Source of the DNA: Eledone cirrhosa
Lineage: Eukaryota
NCBI GenBank assembly: GCA_964016885.1
Contig: OZ024744.1
Coordinates: forward strand, 72,478,001-72,542,000
Length of the DNA: 64,000 bases
Direction: 5' to 3'
How positions within the stretch are numbered: the first letter of the stretch is position 1; every line of letters begins with the position of its first letter. Below the pieces are notes generated by a model that saw only the letters and a program-made list of their open reading frames with translations, ran no database searches and was not told where the DNA came from. Positions 41,790-54,458 of the stretch are shown in pieces. Position numbers and translations under genes: made by a program.

Positions 41790-42720
41790 CTTGCTGTTCC
41801 CAGTAGGTATCTCTTTTGAAGTGTTCCAAACAAAGGGGGTGGACTAATGTTCTTTAACCATTCTTGGAAACTCTTCGGATAGTACCTAGTGCTCCTATGA
41901 CGATGGGGACGACCTTGATATCATGATAGTTCCAAATCTTTTTCACTTCCCACTTTAGATCTTGGTACCGGTTAATTTTCTCCTCCTTTTCTTACACTCA
42001 TTTATAATAAAGCAAAATCTTTTTCCTAATCAAAATCCACCAGTTCAGGCCTATTGTGTCTAATTTTTTATCTATTTGTATCCTGAAAACCCACAGCACC
42101 TTCACCCGATTGTTTCTATCTCCGATAATGGCTTATGCCCATACCACTTCTCTGAGTAGAGCAAATTATTCAGTTTGCTTAAATGCCAGTTGGTCACGTT
42201 TCCTATTATATCATGGCTCCATCCTTTATTGTAAGTCTGGGCTAAGTATTTACACTCGGATATGATGCGAGCCACAGTTTGCCCTCTCTCTCCACAGACT
42301 CTGCTGAGCGAGCTAGCTTCCATTATGATGTTTCATCCACTTCGTTCTAAGGGATTGCACCTGTGTAACCAGTAGAATTCTCTCTGCAGCTTTTGAAGGT
42401 CTCTTTTATGTAACATTCCGTGTCTGCGGATCTCTGAATTCTGTTTTCAAGAAGATGCTATGAAAAGATTTTTCATTTAGATTGTTTTCCTCTTTGTTAC
42501 TTCTTTCTTAGACATGCCCTGGTCTATTGTCTCATCTTTCGATACAGCCTTAAACATTGGCTCGTTACTCCCAGACACATATTTGTGTAAACAACTTTTC
42601 TCAATCTGAACACAATCTTCTATGTTGATAAGATCTCTTCCATTTTCAGATCTTTTTAAGTGCGGCTTATCAATATCAACCTTTTTATGAAGCATACTGT
42701 AGGTAGTCATTAATTCCTTT
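41790..42720 (-). mobile_element. Dong/R4-like non-LTR relic (restriction-like endonuclease end)
   Basis: LSRVCGERGQTVARIISECKYLAQ zinc knuckle, HNRPELV (PD-like motif), EKINRYQDLKWEVKKIW and VVPIVIGALGTI. Confidence 0.75.
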
Positions 42721-42989
42721 GTCTTTTGGTTCTCTCCTTCTTCCTGAGATAACAGCAGTAGTTGGATGACATCAAGGTGTCTGCTGTTGGGCCAGGGAAC
42801 ACATGAAGTTGCAGCCTCCTGTACACTGTCAACTATTTAGGTTTGGAATTTAATACTCACGAAGGTTGCACTAACACCAGTGTTTTTATCATGATACCAT
42901 CACTAGAAAACTGAAGTGGGTTATGCTGCTCTGTAAAACTATTATGGTTATTATTATTATTACTATTACCGTTAAAAGACTTATCATTA

Positions 42990-44930
42990 TTGAGCTTCTT
43001 CGACGATGTGGGGACCCTTAGGGTAAAGGCCTCGACTAGGCTTTTAAAAGGGTTACTAGAGGAACCCCGCCAACCAGAAATGGAGGACTAACCACTCGGC
43101 CTTTATAAGCCCCCGGAAGGTAAGTAAATCTTTCCTCTCTTATTTAACCTACAAACATAGCCGTCTTAATAGTGGGGTGTTTAAATGTTCGTGGCCTGGG
43201 GTCGTCCTGGAAGCAGGGTCGCTAACTGAACGACCGCAGGACACAAGATATGGATGCGACTGCCGTTAGCGATACCAGAATTTCCGACACACGCACACTA
43301 GTCCCCATTTTCGACGACTATCAGATCTTCACATCTCTTAGTCGACCGTTTAGTCAGCTGTTTAGGAAAGGCCTGGATCTCGTGGTAAGGTCGATCTGGA
43401 CTCAAACATTAAGTTGGTAATTCTGGCTCTGAGTAATAGCGAAAGTGTTGCCTTTGAACTGGTGGCCGTCTACGTCCCGACCGGGGCCGGACGTCCGGAT
43501 TTCTTTAGGCGCCTGGAAGCCTTACTGGGAACGTCTCGTCCTCCACTGTTAGCGGGCGACTGGAACGGCATCTTTGACGAACGCTGGGATTTGTGGGAGT
43601 AGCTGATAGAAGCGGAGGTGCAAAAGCCCCAAGACCTGGACCAACCGCATGTCTTCTAGATCGTATATAGATAGGTGTTTTTTTTATTAGGACAGTAGAT
43701 AAGGATAGCATAGATTGTCCACATTTCCTAACGGTCGCCTATTAACATCATTAATTTGTGATCTGCATGATCGACCTAGAGAGGACACGTAGGTTAGAAC
43801 CTGGTTACTTGAAGCTGAACATGGCTTTTCCAGCACGTAAAGCTTACAAAGAGCGAGACACCACTTTAGTTAAGTGTAAATTGACAGGGGTTAATCAACA
43901 ACAGGTGGTAGGGGCTCTCAAAAGGGAGATTATAATAATTGTTTCTAGATTTGACACAAGGCCAGCAATCACCCCAATGCATTACGGGTACTTTATTTTA
44001 TCGACCCCGTAAGGATGAAAGGCAAAGTTAACCTCGACGGGATTTGAACTCAGATCGTAAAGGGCCATAACTCTATGCTGCAAAGCATGGTGTCTACGCT
44101 CTACCGATATTGCCAATCCACCGCCCTTATAAGATTATAATAATGCCAATAAGCTTTAGTAAACAAGTAGCAGAGGGGAAAATAAAAGGAGGAAGAGCTA
44201 GTAGCTAAGTGATTAGAAGTGGTAGTGCAGCTGGCGTGCTAGCGGCGAAAATGGCATTAGACCATTTCTTCAATGCGAAACACGAAAGTTGCATTGTCAG
44301 AGCTAAGGTGCGTGCTCTAAAAAACTAGGAAACGGAAGCTGTTTGAAAGGTTCGTGTGGCGGAGGCGCAGCGTGGTAACAAAACCACGATTCGGTCATCA
44401 ATAGGCCGAAATGAATGCGTTTTGAATGATTCCAGGCGTTTCCCCACCACTTTGCTTGACTGTTATGGAGTCGGAGACGGTGACGATGGCGGACTTAAGA
44501 TCCTACCTCGACGGCCATCTGCGACTCTCTCCAGCTAATGCTGAATGCTGCGAAGAGCCGATTACATCAGCCGAGATGCGGGATGCCCTGGTCGGTTGCA
44601 CGAGACATGCGCCACCCGGTTTGGATGGTCTGCCCTGCTAGTTTTACGTAGAATGCCAGGCATGTTATCCGATTTTCTCGAAGCGATCTACAGCAACTGG
44701 CAGCAGAACAGGAGTATTCCCAGTTGTGTGAGCCGGGGCGTATTAACGTTGATGGGGAAAGATTGAGAACAAGAGGAACACATTAGACAACTTCAGATTC
44801 ATAACTCTGCTAAACACAGAGTTTATGGTTTTGGCCAAGGTGTTAACGAAGAGGTTGGCGTTTGTCAACGAGGATCAGGTAGGGGAGGTGCAAACCTGCG
44901 CAATCCCGACCAGTTCCATACACCACAAAC
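42990..44930 (+). mobile_element. Degenerate L1/Tx1 relic (ORF1 end, endonuclease and RT start), interrupted by a SINE
   Basis: Motifs LVAVYVPTGAGRPDFFRRLE, GDWNG, PGYLKLN, PGLDGLP and NFRFITLLN, with many stops and frameshifts. Confidence 0.85.
43933..44130 (-). mobile_element. SINE inserted into a Tx1 relic, with target-site duplication
   Basis: The 13-bp direct repeat agattataataat occurs at 43927-43939 and 44132-44144. Confidence 0.85.
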
Positions 44931-45079
44931 CAAATATTTGAACTTTATTTTAAATTTTTGAAAATTTTTCCTATAAATAAAACAAAACAAAAAAACATGG
45001 ACGAAATGTATCCCATAACTGTCCCTGTCTATTGTATTGTCCCTCTCTGTTGGCCGTTGTGGCAAAAAAAAAAAAGAAA

Positions 45080-45262
45080 TAATAATGTGTCTACCTTTGG
45101 CACAAGGCCAGCAATTATTCCAGTGAATTACTGGTACTTTATTTTATCGACCCCGTAAAGATGAAAGTCAAAGTTAACTTCGACGGATTTGAACTCAGAA
45201 CGTAAAAGGCCATAGCTATGTTGCAAAGTATGGCGTCTGACGCTCTATCGATACTGCCAAAC
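45080..45262 (-). mobile_element. SINE copy
   Basis: Same A/B boxes, core and tail as the reference copy. Confidence 0.8.
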
Positions 45263-45799
45263 CACAAAAATAATAATAACTTTTGTTAAAATAAAGAAAG
45301 CATTATTACTATCACATTTGCAGTGGCGGTGGTGGAGTCGATATTTTTTTTTAAATGGTTACTTTTTTAAAATGCTCCTGTGGCAGAGGTGGTGGTGGTG
45401 ATGGTGCCATTGCGGTTGTGTGGGCGACGGAACTTGTTTGATGTTCCTGACGTTTTTTTTTTTTGTTTTGTTTTCTTACAGGCTCAAGGTCAGCAAGATC
45501 AGTCTATAAATAGGCTGATGTCTCCTCTTTGAAGTCACTAGGACTGTTATTATTATGGGTGTGGTTGTTGTTGCAGTTTTTTAGTTTGTCTCGGTTAAGT
45601 TGTGTAGCCATAACAACAGGGTGTTGTTGCGTTTGTTTTTGTCTGTGCTGCGGCGGCTAATATCAACCTGTTGTTATTGCTACCAGCATGTTGACATCTG
45701 ACTTCCGCTTTCTTTTTAAAATTCAAGCTAACGCCATTTTGAATTTTTTCGGGCAGTTAGGGGTAGATAAACTTTGGAACGGCCCCCAAGGATCTGTTC

Positions 45800-46007
45800 C
45801 AGGTGGAAAATTATTGTGACTTTCTCAAGCACTTCCCTGGTCCCTTATGGAAACCAATGATGTTATTTTTGGCCAATCACGGTTATTATTGTTATTTTGT
45901 GTTATCCTCATTTTTACACGCAGAAACCCACATTGCACCGTCCTTAATGGTGTCCTTAATGTATTTTTTGTAAACTCGTTGTGGTCAATAAAGAAAACAT
46001 TATTATT
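45800..46007 (+). mobile_element. L1/Tx1 3'UTR fragment
   Basis: tttttacacgcagaaac...tgtggtcaataaagaaaacattattatt matches the 3' end of the 46 kb and 60 kb copies. Confidence 0.7.
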
Positions 46008-46181
46008 TGTAGCATTGAGTTCCGACTCTCTACGTTCTGAGTTCAAATCCCGCCGAGATTAGTTTTGCCTTTCATCCTTACAAGGTCGTTAAAAGTGCCA
46101 GTAACGCACTGCGTTGATTTACTCGACTGTTTTCTTCACCAAAAGATTATTGGCCTTGTGTCTATATAAAAAAAATCACTG

Positions 46182-46248
<67 letters not shown>

Positions 46249-46271
46249 TTTTCTTTATTAACCACAAGGGT

Positions 46272-49083
46272 TTACATAAAGTAGACATTAAGGACAGTAC
46301 AGGACAATACAGGACGGTACAAATGGGCATTTCTGCGTGTAAAAAACAGAGGATGAAATAAAATAACAAAGAAAAATTCCCCAATAGGGGGGAGACTTCC
46401 GAGGGACATTTGTGGAGAAAGCCCATTCATTCGGGCCATACTTGCTTCTCTCACCCATCTTTCAACAAAATGCTGGGAAGAGCTCTTCCCTTCCACTAAT
46501 CCCCTATAGAACGCCAAGGTGGAGTTTCCACCGATCACATTGCCCGATTGGTCGAGGGCTGTGAGCGCCTGAAGACATTTCAGTCTCCAAGCGCCCCCTC
46601 TCGGTCTTCGCTTGACCCAGGACTGCAGCTCCATCAAGGAGACGAGCTGGGGAAAAACGTGTCTAGCAAACGGCGACCACACCTGATCACCGTCGAGGAA
46701 GAGGTGGAGATGTCGTAGCCTGAGCGCGTGTCTGCGCATCATCATCCACGGCATGCCCAGCCCTCTACGTAGCGGGTGTTGACAGCATATGAACCGCCGG
46801 ACCATCGGAGCGCGTCCCTTCCACAAGAAGCGAAAGAGCAAACGCTCCAGCGCAGTCAGGCGGAGCTTAGGACAAGGTACGACGGTCAGGCGGTAGTAGA
46901 TGACGGATGCGATGTACGCATTCGCCACCTCCGCTCGACCTTTCAGGGATAGCTTCCTCTCCGCCCATTTCTGGGTGAGAGAAGCCACCCTGCTCGTCAC
47001 CTCGTCCCAGTTTTTGTCCGTCTGGAGGTCTGGACCGAACCAGACCCCTAGCAATTTAACCGGTCCGTCTGTCCAGCGCCCGACGACGCTGTTGGACGGC
47101 ATGGACCTTCCTCTCCAGGTGCCGAGCTGCAGGCCCACTGACTTTTCCTGGTTGATCATTGCTCCTGTCACCGCTTCGTATTCTCTTAGTGTAGTGCCGA
47201 TCGCCTCGATGTGTTTGGCGTTCGACACCACTGCGGTGACATTGTCGGCATATGCTGACACGGATCTTCCGCATTCTAGTTCGCGCGGGACCCCCCTCAA
47301 CGTCTCCAGTTTGTGCAGTAATGGCTCGAGAGTGAATACGTACAATAGGGACGAGAGGGGACATCCTTGGCGGACCGAGCGCATGATGTTGAACGGTTCC
47401 GAAAGGTGACCGTTCACTCTCACTACAGAGCAGATGTCGCTGTGCATGGCAGCGATCCAGCCTCTGAAGACGGGCCCAAAGCCAGCCGCCATCAGGACTG
47501 CTGCTAGGTAACGATGGTCGACCCTATCGAAGGCTTTCGACTGATCTAAATTGATCAAAGACCCACCCGTGCCAGGTTCCCTAGCTGCCATCTCTACGAT
47601 GTATCGCATGAGGTGGAGGTTGTCGTGGATGGATCTGTCGGGAATGGCGCATGTCTGTGCCTCTCCCACCAGACCACCAACGACAAGCGCCAACCTCTTT
47701 GCTAGCACCTTGGCCAAAATCTTGAATTCTGTGTTTAGCAGAGTTATGGGCCTAAAATTATCTATGTTATCCCCCTTGTTCGGATCCTTTCTCAGCAGCG
47801 CCACCGCTCCTCGGCTCACAGAGCTGGGAATTCTCCCGTTCTGTTGCCAGTTACAGTAGACGTCCACCAAGAGGCCTCCGAACAAGTCTGGCATTTGTAC
47901 GTAAAATGTATAGGGCAGACCATCCAAACCAGGCGATTTACCCCTTGTGCAGCCAGTCATTGCCTCCCGCACTTCAGCGGTTGTTATCGGCTTTTCGCAA
48001 CACTCCGCCTCAGTGGCCGAAAGCCGCGGCAGTCCGTCGAGGTAGACACTAAAGTCCATCCCTCGATCCGGCCCGCCACTGCCCCTGAACAGTTGAGCGA
48101 AGTGTCGCTGAAAAGCTTCACACATTTTCCCGGGATCGAGTAGCATGCGCCCGTCGTGGTCCACCAAAGACCGGGTCGTGGCCTTATTGCCACGACGCGC
48201 CTCCGCTACTCGGGCCCATTGAACGGCTTTCGTCCCCTCGTGTCTGAGAGCACGCACCCTAGCTCTGACAACGCAGCCTTCGTGCTTTGCATTGAAGAAT
48301 TGGTCAAGGGCCAATTTCGCCGCAAGTACGTCGGTCGCGATGCCTTTGCTAAGCGCCTCGTCTAATTTTCTAACTAATTCTCCCTCTGCTCTATTTTTCT
48401 CTATTGCTAAAGCCTTACTAAACCTAATGGACTCTATTCTAATTGCTCTTTTCAGAGCAAACCACCACTTGTTGTTGACGATGGCCCCCGTCAACGCCCG
48501 CTTAACTAGTTCGCTAATCCGGTCTCTGTAGGCCTTGCGCGTTGGTAAGGACGCGTTTAGCTTCCAGTAGCCGGGTCCTCGTCTATGAAGCCTATCTAAG
48601 TCAAGCACACAGATTACGAATTTGTGGTCCGTGTAGCTGACTATCTTGAATTGTGGACAGCCTATGCTAGACTTATCTATTTCCCTACAAAATACTTTAT
48701 CTAGATATGATCTGGATGACCCTATGCGATTTGTCCAAGTCCACATTGGTACATTCGGGAAATCCATTCGGTACCTGTCAGACAGTTCAAAACGCCTGAG
48801 CAGGTTGGTGAGACTCTTGCACCCTCCTTCCCTATCCACTAATCCCACACAATCCCATCCGAAAAAGCACAGCAACTCTTCCCCCCGATCCCGGACGGCT
48901 GGGGGATGCGTACACATCGTAGCCGCCGAAGATCGGTGCGAAGGCCCGTGCTTCGGAGATTCTGGTCTCGCTGATGGCCACTACATCTATGTTTAGTGAC
49001 CTGAGGTCGTTGAGCAGGTGGCCCTGCTTCTATGACGACCCCAAGCCACGCGCATTTATGCTGCCTATTCTGAGTGAGGTCAT
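46272..49083 (-). pseudogene. Tx1 ORF2 with a premature stop and three internal deletions
   Basis: TGG>TAG near 49031 and YADD>YADN. Segments are missing relative to the 60280-63684 copy in the endonuclease domain, the zinc-finger region and the ORF2 end/3'UTR. Confidence 0.88.
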
Positions 49084-49117
49084 GTTGAAAAGGAGTGGAA
49101 AAGATGGCAAAGACCAC

Positions 49118-50911
49118 TTACCTTACTTCTCGTAGGGGAAGGACGGTTTTTCCATCCTTTTCACTGCTTGTGGCCTCCTCAGGAAGGATGTCCTTATAAA
49201 TCCTCCTGGAGAGTGCTTGTCGGAAGTCTCTGATGTCTTTGGGGAATTTTTGTTTTAGTGTCATGTACGTTTTCTGTGTGATGCGAGTGATTTGTATGTG
49301 TGGAGGTGGTGTGAATTTTTGGGTTGTTGTGTAGTCTTTTTCTGTGATGCTGGTGTTGTGTTGCATGTAGTGTAATAATTGGTTGTTGTTCAAATTTAAT
49401 GCTGTGTAGTGTATATTGTTTTGGTTGTTTTGCTTTGTTTGCGTTTGTTGTGGGTTTGTTTCTGTTACGCTTTTTGGTGACTTTTGTGGTGTTGGTGATG
49501 GTGGTGTTGGGGTTAATGATGGTGATGGTGTTGGTGTTTGTGGTGATGGGGTTGGTGATGCTGGTGTGGATGGTGGCATATCTGTCCTAACTTTTTTGTT
49601 TGTTAATTTATTTGTTTCCCTCTGTATTTTGTTTTTGGAGGGGGAAGGAAGAGAATTTTTTTCTTTTTTGGTTTCTTTTTTTTTTTTCCTGATACCGTTT
49701 CCCACTCCTCGTCGTCACAATCTGTCTCCAGTTGCGATAAGCCGGGGAGTGAAAAATCCTCCACAGGCGTTGGTTTTGGTTGTGGCGTGGTGGATGGTGT
49801 AGGCGCTGGTGCTAGTTCTAGCGCGTCAGGTTGTGGTGGTGTTGGTTTTGCTACTGTTGCTGGGGTTGTTGCTGTTACAGTTGCTTCTGTTGTTGCTGCT
49901 ACAGTTGTTGCTGCCATTTCTGCTGCTGGTGGTGTTGATGGTTGAGTCACTGGGGTGGGTAAGAGAGGTGGCCTCAACCTTTTAGCCTGAGGGCAGAAAG
50001 CCCTTAGGTGGGTTCCTTCACCAGAAACGACACATCTAGGTCTTCTGCCCTCGACGATTACGGTGAGGTGGCTGCCGTCAGTGAGGTCTATTACCTCTGG
50101 GATCTCCTCAATGCTTTTTTGGTCCGCTTGGATCAGGAGCTCCATCCCAGATCCGGACCAGTTCTCCTGCTTTTCTTTTGCTATTTCTATTATTTTGGTG
50201 TTGGCCTCGATGCCGGCGAGGACAGCAGCCATTAACCAGTGAATTTCGATGGCCGGTGGAACGTGGGTCACCCTGATCTTCACAAGTCTCTGGCCACAAT
50301 AGCTTGGGACGTGTGTGAAGTCGTCACTTCTTAATGGGGCCATGGAGTGTTATCTGGCCTCCTGTGGTGTTTCAAAGAACACGTCCACGGTTCCATACTT
50401 CTGCTCACGTCTGATGTGGGTTTTTTTGCACACACATGTCCCAAAGCTTTTGGGATTTGGGACTCGGATGCCCGTTCCACTCGGCGCGATTTTATGTTAA
50501 TTGTCCGATAAGACACGGTGCATAGGCGACGTTGCTCCATTTTATTAGGTGTGCGGGGGGGGGGGCTGACCCTGTACCCATCTTTCTTTACCATTCCTTT
50601 GGCTTCTAATTCCTCCTGAGTTACCTGGATCGCTTCGCACGTTTTTGTTACTCTGGCAAAACTCAGGGTAGTTTTCTTAATTTCATTGTTGTTGTTGTTG
50701 TCATCGTTATTTTTGCTATTGTTAATTTTAGTTTCAGTTGTGGTGGTGGTGGCGTCAGTGGTGTTCTGTGTGGAAGAGTTCATTTTGGTTGAATTCATTT
50801 CGATATCACGAGTTAATTTTTTTTTTGTTTCTGTTGTGGCTGTGGTGGTGGTGGTGGGGGGGGGGGGGCTGTCGCGGTGGTGGTGGTGGCGGCTTTAACA
50901 CCTGCAGTCAT
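49118..50911 (-). pseudogene. Tx1 ORF1 (gag-like, zinc knuckle), frameshifted
   Basis: Pieces 50331-50798, 49603-50343 and 49118-49705. Degenerate knuckle GRRPRCVVSGEGTHLRAFCP (Cx2[S]x4Hx4C), a Pro/Thr-rich linker and a WETVSGKKKKK basic motif. Likely ATG at 50911. Confidence 0.75.
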
Positions 50912-51279
50912 TGGTAATGGCGGGGAACGAACGTCTGCCTGAGACAAATTTAAAATATTGCTACTGCTTACAATTCCAGTGTTGGCAAACGTAACAATAT
51001 TTACAATAGTGGTGTCGGCGTGAGGTGTTAGAGTGTGAGGAAGGAGTGACTCTGAGACATCTATGATTTTTCAAAGAAAAATTTTTGTTTGATAATTATA
51101 AAAAGTTTAAATTTTGGGCTCGATGCCCCAATATTTTTGTGTGTCCTTTTCAGAAATCAATGTATGTGCACTTATATACAGTTAACAATAAACATTTTCC
51201 ATAAATGGCAATTTTAAACAACTGAAAATAACAAACCTTTGCGGAGCTCACGATGATACGATTTAATACGTAGGTCGCC

Positions 51280-51324
<45 letters not shown>

Positions 51325-51326
<2 letters not shown>

Positions 51327-53140
51327 TTTCATTTATTGGCCACAAGGGCCGACATATAGTGGACAATACAAAAGACTGGGACAGTGGGGGTTTTACAGAA
51401 AAATCGAGTAAACAATATGAATAACAATAACAAAGTAACAATAAAAATACAACAACAAAAATTCCTCAATAGGGGGGATGACCACGCAGGGTTCGCTCAG
51501 GTACCCCACCAATCCTGAACGACCCGACGCTTAGAGAGCACCCTGGAAGGGCACCCTGCTCCTCCTCAAACTTACCCACCTACAGCCGCATGACCAGAGT
51601 AGGCCCACTCACACGGGCCATTCTCGCCACATTCACCCACCTTTTAGCAAATGTACTGGGGTGAAGCACTTCTCTCTCCACCCTCACCTTCCTTTCCAAG
51701 TGAAACTCGAAAAAGTTAATGAGGGATTGGCCGAAGAGAAAAGTGTCTGTCTTCAGTACTTTCAACCTCGTCCACCATACAACCTCTTTCGCTACTGCCA
51801 CCAGACAGAGGAAAATTGCCTTCCCTTCCTGACCGAAAGAAGGCGGCGGGTCGATCTTCACTATGAACTCGGCTGATAGCCGGATCCGTTCTACACGCAA
51901 CAACAGCTGTTCGACATATCTCCACAAGTCAGTAATGCACGGACACTGGACGAGTACGTGCCGAACGGTTTCGTCGCTCTGCGCGGCGCATCTCGGGCAG
52001 GTCCGTCTGACAGCACTTCTGTGCCTGTAGAGTTTACCTCGAACCGGCACAGCCCCCCCCCCCCCGGTGGCACTGCCAAGCGAGGGATTTTTGGAAATTA
52101 TCCATCGTCCCCGGCTCGAAAGTCCTCCGGAACAGACTGGTTAGTTCGACTTCGTCGACTCCCAGAGCCTCTCCGAGTGCGTCGTCGCACTTTCCCACCA
52201 CTAATCCTCTATAGAACTCGAGAGTGGAAGTTCCACTGACCCCATTGCCCGCCTGGTAGATGGCAGTGAGTGCCTGGCAACATTCCAGATGCCAGTCACC
52301 CAGTCTCGGTCTCTTCTTGGCCCAGGACCGCAGCTCAGTCAAAGAAACGAGCTGCGGAAAGGCCCGTCTGACAAACGGCGACCACACTTATTCACCGTTT
52401 AGGCAGGATATCTGGAGATGCAGCAGCCTCAGCGCGTGTCTGCACATCATTAGCCATGGCATGCCCAGCCCTCCACGTAGAGGGTGCTGGCAGCAGATGG
52501 ACCGCCTCACCAGCGGAACCTGACCCCTCCACAAGAATTTGAAGTGGAGCCGCTCCAAGATAGCGAGGCGCGAACTGGGGCAAGGGACGACGGTCAGACG
52601 GTAGTAGATGACGGACGCGATGTACGCGTTCGCCACCTCCACCCGACCTTTCAGTGATAGCTTCCTCCCAGCCCATTTCTAGGTGAGACTGGCTACCCTG
52701 CCCGTCACCTCGTCCCTATTATTATCCACCTGGAGGTCTGGCCCGAACCAAACCCCAAGCAACTTTACCGGTCCGTCCGTCCAGCGTCTAACGACGCTGT
52801 TGGACGGCATGGACTTGCCTCTCCAGGTGCCGAGTTGCAAGCCCACCGACTTTTCCGGGTTAAGTTTTGCTCCCGTCAACCTTTCATATTCCTCCAATAA
52901 GTTGCCGACCACCTCGATTTCTGAGGTGTCCGACACCTTCACGGTGATGTCGTCCGCATAAGCCGACACCGCCTTTCCACGTCCCGGTTCGAGCGGGATG
53001 CCCTGCAACAGCTCCAGCTTCCGCAGTAAAGGCTCGAGAGTCAATATGCACAGAAGGGAGAAGAGGGGGCACCATTGACGGACCGATCAGGAGACCTGAA
53101 ACGGTTCGAGAGGTGGCCATTAATTTTGACCACCGAGCAC
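51325..53140 (-). mobile_element. 5'-truncated degenerate L1/Tx1 element
   Basis: RT C-terminal half (YADD) and zinc finger in frameshifted ORFs from 51580 to 53044, a 3'UTR, and an (ATT)n tail at 51280-51324. Confidence 0.9.
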
Positions 53141-53199
53141 CGGAGCATTTAGTCATCTGTCAAGTCACTAGAAGGACTTCAGACAGATAATACATTCTT

Positions 53200-53480
53200 T
53201 AAAATGTGCGTAGTGCCTAACAAGGCTGATTTTTGTATGACACCAATCTTGCATGGTATTCCTGCTTTAAAAGGTCTTGGCGTTTCAATTTGATTGACCC
53301 AAATGTCCCGATCACAACTGGTATCACTTTCACATTACTCTCTCGCAATCCAAACAGTCTTGCCAGTTCCACTTTCAATTCGGAAAACTTGGTGATTTTT
53401 CAACCTCTTTGCACGCAAAATTTATGTCATTTGGTATGGTTACATTTATGATCTGACAGCATTAGTCTTTCTTGTTCAGT
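53200..53480 (-). mobile_element. Dong/R4-like C-terminal fragment
   Basis: KEVEKITKFSELKVELARLFG..VKVIPVVIGTFGSI on the minus strand. Confidence 0.6.
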
Positions 53481-53849
53481 ACAAGAATTTTCGGTAGGTG
53501 GGACTCAATAACTCTATCAGTCTAGAAATGCTTTCGCATCCTCCTGCATTACTTTACAAGGCACATGCTCATACCAATTCTCTATTACTTCCTATTGGTG
53601 TTTACGGCATAACAGCCGTTACAGAGTCTGCATTTCTGGGTGTCAGAATTGGTAGCAAGAGCTTGGTTTTTTATATCCTTGACATCCTGCGTATTTTTTC
53701 AAACTGCCCATGAGTTCTTATTTCCAGAAGATCCTAACTCCGTGGATCCCATCTGAACCGGAAGCTTTCCAGTGTTTGGTACCTTGGCCACTTGATCCTT
53801 CACATCAACTGTGCTTATGGTAATGGCTCTATGTTTATTTTCTCCTCGC

Positions 53850-54375
53850 AATTCTGTCGAGATGGTTTTATCCTCTCAGCATCCCTTCTATGCAACATGG
53901 TGTTTCCTCATACCCCAGTCCCAAACTCCTTGACATAGTCAGCATTAGGCGTTTCAGTCCTCTTCAAATGTAAATATCTGGCCCTCAAGCATTCTGTGGT
54001 ACCAGTTCGGACAGGCTAATTTGTATTATACCCTTCATACGATGGAAGAAGAACTGTAAGCATGAGGATTGCCAGGATTGGGCATCTGGGGGATCCAATA
54101 TGTTACGAGAGGGTAATTACATCCTATTGGAGTTCCGGTGCACCCAGAGAGAACACTGGTGGGGTGTATATTAAGAGATTCTCCTTCATATCAATCTAGA
54201 AAAAATAGAAAACATCCCTGACCTCATTCATCTACCAGGTGGTATAACGTGGTTATTGAAGGCAAAAAGCCATGTTATCATTTGTGCGAAGAGACAAACC
54301 ACCCGAGAGCTTTTTGCGCTCAACAGAATTCGGGAAATACAGCCGCCTTGCTGCCAACACCAAGAACCCCAAATC

Positions 54376-54458
<83 letters not shown>

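Larger units (their letters stand above)
46247..50945 (-). mobile_element. Apparently 5'-complete but defective L1/Tx1 element of the same subfamily as the 60-64 kb copy
   Basis: Short 5'UTR containing GCAGACGT (about 50931-50938), frameshifted ORF1, ORF2 with a stop and internal deletions, the same 3'UTR, and an (ATT)n/(AGT)n tail at 46182-46246. Confidence 0.9.

Noticed and set aside
46900-48531. Plus-strand ORFs antisense to the Tx1 RT (also 61295-63352)
   Set aside because: They are antisense shadows of a GC-rich coding frame, repeated only because the copies are homologous.
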